Made by a program: the position numbers and the translations under genes. Below are positions 1 through 7,662 of a stretch of 44,273 nucleotides of DNA, piece by piece (positions within the stretch are counted from its first letter, which is position 1; each line of letters begins with the position of its first letter). The stretch comes from a virus (taxonomy: Duplodnaviria; Caudoviricetes): positions 1 through 44,273 of IMG/VR virus record IMGVR_UViG_3300010362_000036; one strand, 5' to 3'. The notes under the pieces are model-generated. The model saw nothing but the letters and a program-made list of their open reading frames with translations, was not told the origin of the DNA and made no database searches.

Positions 1-420
1 GACGATCGTTTTCCCGGGCGTGGCATTCGCCGCGTTCACGATCGCTGACCACCCGAAGTTGTCGCCCGGGAACGCCACGAGCGCGGCGCTCACGTTCGAC
101 GGGATGCCCTCCTGCACCGATGCGGCGCCCGCTGAGTCCAGCATGAGCAAATACTTCTGCCACATGTTGAATCCCACGGTCGCCCCAGCTGGGGTCCACA
201 GATCCGCCGTCGCCGCCTTCGTGGCCGGGGCGCCGCCGACGGTGTAGTTAATCGTCGCCGTCGAGCTGACCTTCGACGGTGTCGTGCCAATGGCCACTCC
301 GCCTGCCGTGGTTGCACGGTTGAGCGTTGCCGACGCGATGGCATTGGCCATCGCGCAGACTGCGCGGATGGCCGATGCACGCGGAAGCTGATCAGGCAAC
401 GGTCGGACGACGGCGGGCAT
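1..420 (-). CDS. Putative capsid decoration/minor head protein, truncated at the window start (not in ORF track)
   Basis: The ATG at 420 overlaps the capsid TAA (TAATG). The frame is open to base 1: MPAVVRPLPDQLPRASAIRAVCAMANAIASATLNRATTAGGVAIGTTPSKV...PGKTIV. Ala/Thr/Gly-rich and directly after the capsid gene. Confidence 0.6.
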   Translation of the reverse strand, partial: MPAVVRPLPDQLPRASAIRAVCAMANAIASATLNRATTAGGVAIGTTPSKVSSTATINYTVGGAPATKAATADLWTPAGATVGFNMWQKYLLMLDSAGAASVQEGIPSNVSAALVAFPGDNFGWSAIVNAANATPGKTIV

Positions 421-1727
421 TACGGCGACTCCGTGAGATTGGAGGCGTAGCCGGTGCCACCACGGTTCGTCCAAATTCTCGCATACACGAAGTTGTAACT
501 GGCCGCGTATGCGCCACGATCCTGGACTTTATCAAGTTCGAACATGCTCGGGCCGCCTTCGTAATCCGGCTTGTCCGAGAGCACGCGCTTGGTGATGCAG
601 TCCGAGTTCCAGCCCATGAACAGCCCTGGCGGCGCGAGCACGGACGTGTAGTACCGAATCCCATCGCTCGAGATTTCGCCGTTCAGGTTGAAGCGCGTGT
701 TGTCGTAGCGGAGCGCCGCGCGCTCACCCGCGATGACATCGCGGCGGATGCCTTGCGACATGATCGCGCGATTCATGCGCACGCCCCCGTTGTTCCACAG
801 GCCGTTGATCATCGCCTCTTGCAGTTGGTACGAGAGGCGCCCGCCTGCGGTGTTCGAATATCCGGCGAACCAGTTCGCACCGCTGAAGCCGTGCACCGAC
901 GCGGAGGTCATGCCGTCGAGCAATCCCACCGGCCAGCGGTTCTGGTCCGTCGCCGTGAGCGCCGCATCCGTCACTGCCGCTGCCGGAACGATGAGATCGT
1001 CCACCGTCGGCGTGATGGAACTGTTCCAGACGGTGTCGATGAACCCGACGCCCGAGCCTGTGGACGGCGAGGTCACGACGTTGCCGAACTCAATCAAGAC
1101 GCCGCCGCGAATGAGCGCGATCGGATCGCCGAGCGATGGCGCTAGGGCACCACGGAAGAGGTTCGACAGATACGTGCTGTAGGCGAGCGTGCCGCCCGGG
1201 ATCAGCGTCGAGCCGTAGCCATTCTTGAGGCGCACGCCATTCTGCACTGTGCCCGCTGCGCCAGCGGTCTGCGCGACCATGGCGACCGTGCCCGTGCTGA
1301 ATCCGTACGTTTGCTTGCCGATCTTGCGCGCGAAATTCTCGACGGCCTTGATCGAGGCGTAGAGCGTCTGCGCCTGGATCTGGCCCGCGCGGCCACGACG
1401 ATCGAATGCCTGCTCCAACGTCGTGAACGAGTAGCGGAAGTTCGCCTGCACAAACGTGAACAGCCCGTGCTGCGCCGGGGCCGTCGTCAAGACGGCTTCC
1501 CATCCGCCGTCGGGGATCATCGCGGCGGTGTCGGGCTGGTACTGCACGTCCAGCACGATGCGCATCTCGTTACCCGACGGCGTGATCAGTTCTTCAGGGA
1601 AATCATCGAACCAATCGTACTCCTCGGTTTTTCTTTTCAACGCCACTTTGACGGCGGTATTCGTCTTTTTGTATAGCTCCGCCATCGAGGCGACGGTGGT
1701 ATAGGTCGGCCCCGTGTTCGTTGCCAC
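420..1727 (-). CDS. Major capsid protein (HK97 fold likely)
   Basis: 435 aa, follows the scaffold-like gene. Composition and C-terminal pattern (VQDRGAYAASYNFVYARIWTNRGG) are typical of capsid proteins. Confidence 0.75.
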   Translation of the reverse strand: MATNTGPTYTTVASMAELYKKTNTAVKVALKRKTEEYDWFDDFPEELITPSGNEMRIVLDVQYQPDTAAMIPDGGWEAVLTTAPAQHGLFTFVQANFRYSFTTLEQAFDRRGRAGQIQAQTLYASIKAVENFARKIGKQTYGFSTGTVAMVAQTAGAAGTVQNGVRLKNGYGSTLIPGGTLAYSTYLSNLFRGALAPSLGDPIALIRGGVLIEFGNVVTSPSTGSGVGFIDTVWNSSITPTVDDLIVPAAAVTDAALTATDQNRWPVGLLDGMTSASVHGFSGANWFAGYSNTAGGRLSYQLQEAMINGLWNNGGVRMNRAIMSQGIRRDVIAGERAALRYDNTRFNLNGEISSDGIRYYTSVLAPPGLFMGWNSDCITKRVLSDKPDYEGGPSMFELDKVQDRGAYAASYNFVYARIWTNRGGTGYASNLTESP

Positions 1728-1780
1728 TGTATGTCTCGCTTGCGCGCTAGAACCGCGCGGCGGATGTCATGAGAGAGTGC

Positions 1781-2989
1781 TCATTCATCCGATTCATCGG
1801 GATCGGGAATGAGGTCGAAGATCCGACCCGAGCGCATGGCGCGCGTGAGCTCGCCGTAGCTCATGTCATCGAGCTTCTTCGGCGCGGGAGGCGCGGGCTT
1901 CGCCACCACAGGTCGTGCGGCAGCGGGAGCGGCGGCAGGGGTCGGCGCCGCAGCGGCGAGCCGTGCGGCGTTTTCTGCTTGGAGCTTCGCTTGCGCTTGC
2001 GCCGATGCCTGAAGGGCTTGGCGCATCTGGTGCCGTTCCGTGAGCCACTGCAGGATCACCGGCGAGTTGATGACCATCTCGCCCGGTTGCACTCCGGCGA
2101 TGCGCGCCTCCTCCGGGTTGGCGGGATGCACGATCGCATTCGCCACCGCCAGCGCATTGGTGCGGACGGCGGCGATATCCTCCGGCGTCATGCCGGGGAC
2201 GTGCTGCGTCGCCAGCAGCGCGACGGCGTTGTTGATGGCCGTATGCGCCACCTGCTGCTGATCGATCACGGTCTGGTGCGCGGTCGCGTCGCGCGCGAAC
2301 TGCTCACGGAATTCGTTCTGCGCGGTGTACTGCGCTTCCCGCGCCGTGAGGTTGACATCCCGAAGCAGCTGCTCACGCTCGCGCGGATCCGTCGCGAGAC
2401 GCATGAGGACGTCGGGATTATTGAGCGTATTGATGAGGAGCGCGCCGACTTTGTCGAGCAGCGCGCGCTGCGTCATCATTTCGGTGATGCCATCACGACC
2501 ACCGAGCTTCTGGTATTCCTGGGCGGTTTGGTAGAGCGACTCGTTCTGTGCAACGAGGCGGTCTGCCTGGTTCAAGCGGTCCTGTAACCGGGGAAGCACC
2601 TCGTTCGGAATGATGGCCCCTCGACCGGGAATCACGAAGGCGCCGTCGAACGTGCGGGTCGCGCCGTCAACGACGTACGTGAGCGGTTGCTGAGTCGCGA
2701 GCAGCTCAGCAGGCGTGGGTTCCTTGGGTGCGTCCGGTGCTGGCGCGTCTGGCTTCGCTTCTTCCGTCGGCTGGGTCGCAGCGTCGGGCTTGGGCGCTTC
2801 AGGCGCAGGCGGCGCTGCCTTCGGCTCTTCTGCCGGGGCAGGCGCGGGGGAATCGCTGGGCGCCGGAGAGGTCGTCTCCTGCTCGCTGTCTTCTTCCCCC
2901 TCCACGATGGCGTTGGCGAGCTCGCCGAACGCTTCGGCTAGGGTAGGATCAGCAGCTTGCGTGGCGTCGGGAGCGATGCTGGTACTCAT
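1781..2989 (-). CDS. Scaffolding protein
   Basis: Acidic Pro/Ala-rich N-terminus, helical coiled-coil middle and Ala/Pro tail; immediately upstream of the capsid gene. Confidence 0.65.
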   Translation of the reverse strand: MSTSIAPDATQAADPTLAEAFGELANAIVEGEEDSEQETTSPAPSDSPAPAPAEEPKAAPPAPEAPKPDAATQPTEEAKPDAPAPDAPKEPTPAELLATQQPLTYVVDGATRTFDGAFVIPGRGAIIPNEVLPRLQDRLNQADRLVAQNESLYQTAQEYQKLGGRDGITEMMTQRALLDKVGALLINTLNNPDVLMRLATDPREREQLLRDVNLTAREAQYTAQNEFREQFARDATAHQTVIDQQQVAHTAINNAVALLATQHVPGMTPEDIAAVRTNALAVANAIVHPANPEEARIAGVQPGEMVINSPVILQWLTERHQMRQALQASAQAQAKLQAENAARLAAAAPTPAAAPAAARPVVAKPAPPAPKKLDDMSYGELTRAMRSGRIFDLIPDPDESDE

Positions 2990-3225
2990 GGGACAGGCTC
3001 CATCGGTAGGACAAACGGCGGCAGCGCCGGTGGCGGAGGCACATGGGGTGTGGGCTCCGGCACCTGCGTTTTGTAGAATTCGAGAATCGTCTTGAGTCTT
3101 CGCTGAAGCTCGTCCGCGACCTCATGTGGACCGGGATCCCCGAAGATGTTCCACAGGTCGACGCGCAGGGTCTCGGCTCGCGTCCAGAGATCGGTCGCGA
3201 AGTCGAGGGCCTGCTGCTCCGTCAT
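2986..3225 (-). CDS. Hypothetical protein
   Basis: 79 aa, ATGA-type coupling to the scaffold gene. Confidence 0.55.
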   Translation of the reverse strand: MTEQQALDFATDLWTRAETLRVDLWNIFGDPGPHEVADELQRRLKTILEFYKTQVPEPTPHVPPPPALPPFVLPMEPVP

Positions 3226-3226
3226 G

Positions 3227-3523
3227 TCAGTAGACCGGGGTGTTTCCCTGGCCGAGAAAATTTCCGGCGCGCGTCATCGTGAGCGCCGTCGGTGCTTCAC
3301 TCATTGGGGCGGTGGAGATCGGCGCCGCGATGCCGCCGCCCTGTCCGAGCAGCGCCGCGAGCGAGGTGGCGGCGTTTGCCTGCGGTGGTGCGGGCGTCGC
3401 GGCAGGCACGCCGAGCGGTAAGGCAGGGGCAGGACGCGCCGCTGGGAAGCCAAAGAGGTTGACGGGCGAGCGCGTGCCGCCGCGCATCGACTGGATCGCA
3501 GCGGTCAAGCTTCGCATTGCCAT
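3227..3523 (-). CDS. Hypothetical Ala/Pro-rich protein
   Basis: Tightly packed in the late operon. Confidence 0.5.
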   Translation of the reverse strand: MAMRSLTAAIQSMRGGTRSPVNLFGFPAARPAPALPLGVPAATPAPPQANAATSLAALLGQGGGIAAPISTAPMSEAPTALTMTRAGNFLGQGNTPVY

Positions 3524-3526
3524 GTG

Positions 3527-3865
3527 CTAATCGCGCTTATCGGCGAACGGCTCGTTGTCGTTGGCCGTATCCTCCGCGCGCTGGACCGGCGCATTCGGAT
3601 CGCCAGCCGCCGATGCGGGACGCGCCTGTTCTGCTTTCGCCTTGTGCTCGGCACGGCGGCGCTTGTTGACCGCGTTGAGCGCGCGGAACACGTGGCCGCG
3701 CGTCTCATCAGTGTTCCGCCCATTCATCGCATTCGTCAAATGCTGATGGATGTCTTCGTCGGTGTGGCCGGTGCCCTTCAGTTGATTCTTCCGGCCCTTG
3801 GGGCCACGCAGGCCGCGCGGCACGCGCCGCACGCGCATCGTGGCGATGTCGGACATGAGGCTCAT
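3527..3865 (-). CDS. Hypothetical basic protein
   Basis: Arg/Lys-rich, overlapping start/stop with its neighbour. Confidence 0.55.
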   Translation of the reverse strand: MSLMSDIATMRVRRVPRGLRGPKGRKNQLKGTGHTDEDIHQHLTNAMNGRNTDETRGHVFRALNAVNKRRRAEHKAKAEQARPASAAGDPNAPVQRAEDTANDNEPFADKRD

Positions 3866-4119
3866 GGCATACTCTCCACGAGGTTGGCACCGTTCCCCGC
3901 TGGCGCGGACGCGGGCGCTGTGAGCACGATCTCCGTCTCGGTGATCTGGATGTTGTAGCCGACTAGCTCGCGATCGACCGTGGATTCCACGAGCGCGGAG
4001 AGCACGTTGTCGCGGACTTGGGCGGCAGCGTTGGCATTCGCCATGAGTGTTTGCAACCGCTTGTGCTGCGCGGCGGTGATGGGAACGCGAATGGTCTCGT
4101 CCATAGATACTCGTCTCAT
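3862..4119 (-). CDS. Small fibre-associated protein (possible chaperone)
   Basis: Short helical protein two genes after the S74-type fibre. Confidence 0.45.
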   Translation of the reverse strand: MRRVSMDETIRVPITAAQHKRLQTLMANANAAAQVRDNVLSALVESTVDRELVGYNIQITETEIVLTAPASAPAGNGANLVESMP

Positions 4120-4120
4120 G

Positions 4121-4450
4121 TCAGGTTCCAGCGGGGATGCCTGCGAGATCGTCCCAGCTCGCAGAGATTTGTGCCAAGAGCGCCGCGTCGGTGACGGAGG
4201 TGACGACGCCGGTATCCTCCATCGTGATCGTGCCGACGACGTTGGTCGTTTGGGCCAGGAACGGCGCGGCGGTGGCCGCCGTGAACGCGGGATTGTTGAT
4301 CACGCGCTGCGCATAGGCGACGCGCGCCGGTTGTGATGGCGTCTCGGCGAGCACCGTGGAGGCCTCGCCCAGGAGAATGGTCGCAACGCGGGCCTGAAAC
4401 GTCGGGTCAATCCCGAGCAGAGACGCTAACCGCGATGTGCTGATAGCCAT
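4121..4450 (-). CDS. Fibre-associated protein
   Basis: 109 aa directly downstream of the fibre; motifs DPTFQARV...TDAALLAQISASW. Confidence 0.5.
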   Translation of the reverse strand: MAISTSRLASLLGIDPTFQARVATILLGEASTVLAETPSQPARVAYAQRVINNPAFTAATAAPFLAQTTNVVGTITMEDTGVVTSVTDAALLAQISASWDDLAGIPAGT

Positions 4451-4470
4451 AAGAGAAGTCTCGTAAAGGA

Positions 4471-6906
4471 TTAGGCTGGCAACCGGGCTTCGATGGCGAG
4501 CACGCGCCGCATCAGTTCCTGCGTGACGGCGATGTGCGCGTGGAAGAGATCTGTGATGCGCACGCCCATGAAGGCGGGGTGTCCCTCGTCGCCAGGGAAG
4601 GCATCATCCACAACGAGAGCGGCGGCGACGGCCTTCACTTGCTGGGCGTAGACACCGATGTGATCAACGTCGTCGGTCTGATCGAGATACCGATAGGAGC
4701 GGATTTCGAGTGCCGCGAGGCGATCCCACCAGTCCATGGCGGCGACGATCGTGCCCGCGTTTTTCAGCCTGGCATCCGAGAGATTGACGTTGTTCGCGGA
4801 GAAGTTCGCGAGGCCACCATTCGAGTCGATGCGGGCCTTCACCCCCGCAGTGTCTTGGCATTGGAGAAATTGCTGCGTGGCGTTGTTCGGCGCGGCAGCC
4901 GTGAACAGAGACCGGATGCCCGTCGGAGCGGCCCCGGTGCATTGGACCGTCAGGGGCCAACTGCCCGTTCCGGTAAAGCTCGAATTGATGGTGGTGACAT
5001 TGTTCGTTGGACTGATACGGAGTGCGTTCAGGGAAGCGCTGCTGTTATAGATCTCGAAAGTATCCGCGCCAATGCCGATATTCAGACCAACTTGCCATTT
5101 CACGGCGCCGCTGGCCGAGTATTGCAGCGCCACAGCCGGGTTGGCGGCGGGTGAGTGCAACAGCAACGCGAGGGCGCCTTGTGCGGACGCTTGCACGAGA
5201 CCGGTGAAGACTTGGAACAATGCAGCGTTGGTGTAGTCCGCAACACGGAGGCAGTAATTGCTGGCACTGCCGCCCGTGATATTCATTCCGTAGCCAGTGG
5301 AATCCGTGTTGGAGCCATCCAAGGCGACATCCGCCGGGATGGTTCCCTGGATGCTGACGCGCTGGTTGAACATCGCGCCGCCGCCCACGCGCAGCTTTCG
5401 GGTGGTACCGGGATCAGTGCCAATCACCACCGTGTTGTCCGGCATAAGGGACAGGAGTGGCGGGGCGAATGTGGTGCCTCCTGCGCCGATAGATCGCGCA
5501 AACTCTAATCCGCCGACGATGGTCTGCTGATACCCGATGCGCCAGTTTACTTGCGTGTTGGAGCCCGTGATGTTGAATGCCAGCGCGGAGTTGGTTGTGG
5601 GGACCTCCTCCCCCAGCGTCAATGTCGATCTCACGGACGCGCTCGGATTGACGCGCAGTGTGGCGGTTCCCCCAGGATCGGGGCCGATCACCGTCGAGCG
5701 CGAGATGAAGATCGGCCCGACCAAGCGGCGTGAGATGAAGATCGGCTGATCGATCGCCGTGCCCGCATCGTTGAACGCTTCGATCACGAAGTCGTTGCCG
5801 AGATCACCGGTGGACTCCGTGTTGCCGCTTTTCCGAATCTTCCAGCGCAACACGTTGTTCATCGTGAACCGAATAGCCTCGCCACCCACGATCGCCGCAT
5901 CGAAGGCGATCGCGCCACCGGAGGGCACCGTGATCAGACTGTTCACACGATTGATCGACAATGCCACGGCGCCGTCAGCGCCACGCGCTATGACCAGATT
6001 GTCCGACGGATCGGCCATGATATAGGCGACGGGATTCGCGCCTCGTACGAAGGCAGCGAGGGCGTTAAATGACCCCCCTGCCGCCGTGTTGACGACGCCG
6101 AGCGCCTGCCCATTGTTTTGGGCGGTCAATTGACCGCCCTGCACGGTCAGCCCAGTCGCAAACGTGTATGTGCCGGGGAACGTTCCGCTGGTGACGTTGT
6201 TCGCCGGAATCGTCGTCAGCGCGCCTGGCGTTTGCCACGTGGGAACACCACCGACGACCGTGAGCACTTGATTCGCCGTACCGATCGGGAGCTTCACCAG
6301 CGTGCTTACCGCGCTCGCATAGAGCAGGTCACCCACCGCATAGAGCGCGATGCCGGTGCCGCCCCACTGCGGGTTGATCACCGTTCCGTTCCACGTCCCG
6401 GTCGCAATCGTCCCGAGCGTCGTGATCGATCCCTGCCCGACATAGGCCGCATCGATATCCACCACGGGCGCCGACGGCGTTCCCGTAATCGCGATGCGAG
6501 CTGGTGTGCCGCTGACCGACACCACGCCACCTGGCGCTGGCGTCTGCCACGCGGGCACGCCACCGACAACGGTGAGCACCTGGCCGGTCGTGCCGACCGC
6601 GCGGCGCGCCAACACATTGGTCGCGCTCGCGTAAATGAGATCGCCGGTCGTATAGGCGGAGAGCCCGGTGCCACCCGATGTCGGGGGGACTGGTGTCGCG
6701 AAGTTCACCGTGCCGCCGACGATCAGATTCCCGCTGACCGTGACATTGCCCGGGATGTTCGACAGCGCCTGCGAAAACGTGATCTTCTTCGTCGTGCCGC
6801 GCGGCGACGCTGAGAGATCGCTAATGTCGACCATGACGAGCAGGTCGCCGACGTCTCCACCTGCGCCAACAAACGCAGGGAGATTCGCAATCGAGACAGT
6901 GGCCAT
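4471..6906 (-). CDS. Long fibre protein with C-terminal intramolecular chaperone (peptidase S74)
   Basis: Gly/Thr-rich. Two internal repeats GD(L/I)xYAS...QVLTVVGGVPxWQTP. C-terminal SDARLK...LEIRSYRY...GVYAQQV and terminal coiled coil. Confidence 0.85.
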   Translation of the reverse strand: MATVSIANLPAFVGAGGDVGDLLVMVDISDLSASPRGTTKKITFSQALSNIPGNVTVSGNLIVGGTVNFATPVPPTSGGTGLSAYTTGDLIYASATNVLARRAVGTTGQVLTVVGGVPAWQTPAPGGVVSVSGTPARIAITGTPSAPVVDIDAAYVGQGSITTLGTIATGTWNGTVINPQWGGTGIALYAVGDLLYASAVSTLVKLPIGTANQVLTVVGGVPTWQTPGALTTIPANNVTSGTFPGTYTFATGLTVQGGQLTAQNNGQALGVVNTAAGGSFNALAAFVRGANPVAYIMADPSDNLVIARGADGAVALSINRVNSLITVPSGGAIAFDAAIVGGEAIRFTMNNVLRWKIRKSGNTESTGDLGNDFVIEAFNDAGTAIDQPIFISRRLVGPIFISRSTVIGPDPGGTATLRVNPSASVRSTLTLGEEVPTTNSALAFNITGSNTQVNWRIGYQQTIVGGLEFARSIGAGGTTFAPPLLSLMPDNTVVIGTDPGTTRKLRVGGGAMFNQRVSIQGTIPADVALDGSNTDSTGYGMNITGGSASNYCLRVADYTNAALFQVFTGLVQASAQGALALLLHSPAANPAVALQYSASGAVKWQVGLNIGIGADTFEIYNSSASLNALRISPTNNVTTINSSFTGTGSWPLTVQCTGAAPTGIRSLFTAAAPNNATQQFLQCQDTAGVKARIDSNGGLANFSANNVNLSDARLKNAGTIVAAMDWWDRLAALEIRSYRYLDQTDDVDHIGVYAQQVKAVAAALVVDDAFPGDEGHPAFMGVRITDLFHAHIAVTQELMRRVLAIEARLPA

Positions 6907-7091
6907 TATGGCGATTCCACGATCAACGTGATCGGCGTTGAATCTTCCGTCGTGAGCAGAATCGGCGGCTCATCTTCGGTCGTGATGCCGGTGTCCGCTG
7001 GCGGCGGAGGCGCACCGCCCCCTGCGCGCCGCGCATACGGCCAGCTGAGCCAGACCACACGCGGGCGCACCTCGTTGGCGGCTGGGCTCAC
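6906..7091 (-). CDS. Small peptide with ITTE/LTTE motifs (possible fibre anchor)
   Basis: 61 aa, coupled on both sides; ends TGITTEDEPPILLTTEDSTPITLIVESP. Confidence 0.55.
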   Translation of the reverse strand: MSPAANEVRPRVVWLSWPYARRAGGGAPPPPADTGITTEDEPPILLTTEDSTPITLIVESP

Positions 7092-7486
7092 GCGGCGGCA
7101 CCCTTCATCGGCGACCAGTAAATGCGCCCGGTGCCGCTCGTGTACGTGATGTCGAGCGCGATCTCTAATCCCGTCGCGGGAATGAGAATGATCGAATCAG
7201 TCGTGATCGGCGCGACGTCGTAGGTCATGTCGGCGACCGCGCCGTTCAGGAAGAGTTTCAAGTACGGGATCGGTCGGAAGGTCACGTCATCGATCGCGGC
7301 TTGGGGAATGCGCGAGCGCGCTTTCACGATCGCCGACACGGAGAGCGCCCCGCGATTCACGAGGTGCACGCTGAACGTGCCCACGAGTCCGTCCGACGCA
7401 TCGCCGATCGTGTACAGGCCCGTGCCTTCGTTGGGCTTGGTCGAGAGATCGAAGACCCGACCCACCGTGCGATAGGTCGGAGGCAT
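7088..7486 (-). CDS. Beta-rich virion protein, paralog of 41663-42094
   Basis: The real start is MPPTYRTVG at 7486 (TAATG coupling). Shares YxxGDAxDG, PIPY and IPATGLxIALD(I/V)T with 41663-42094. Confidence 0.65.
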   Translation of the reverse strand: MPPTYRTVGRVFDLSTKPNEGTGLYTIGDASDGLVGTFSVHLVNRGALSVSAIVKARSRIPQAAIDDVTFRPIPYLKLFLNGAVADMTYDVAPITTDSIILIPATGLEIALDITYTSGTGRIYWSPMKGAAA

Positions 7487-7662
7487 TAGCGGACTCGCAT
7501 ATTCGCGGCGCCGGGCCACAACTGCGCGAGCAGGAAGACCACGGCGAGAATGACGACGATGACGAGCGTGGGCGTTTGCCACGGTTGCGGCATGTACATC
7601 TTCACGATCCACAGCACGAGCAGGATGATGCAGATCGCGACGACGAGCTCTAGGAGTGTCAT
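7486..7662 (-). CDS. 58-aa two-TM membrane protein, holin candidate (missed by ORF track)
   Basis: MTLLELVVAICIILLVLWIVKMYMPQPWQTPTLVIVVILAVVFLLAQLWPGAANMRVR. ATGA overlap with the portal stop and TAATG overlap with the next gene. Confidence 0.65.
   Translation of the reverse strand: MTLLELVVAICIILLVLWIVKMYMPQPWQTPTLVIVVILAVVFLLAQLWPGAANMRVR

Noticed and set aside
4471-6906. Diversity-generating retroelement or shufflon acting on the fibres
   Set aside because: No reverse transcriptase or serine invertase, no adenine-specific TR/VR pair seen, and fibre similarity is at the N-terminus rather than the variable tip.
7160-7168. Extra GATCTCTAA copy, and isolated TGGGGAAC copies near 27926 and 37241
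   Set aside because: Single short matches inside coding sequence, compatible with chance.
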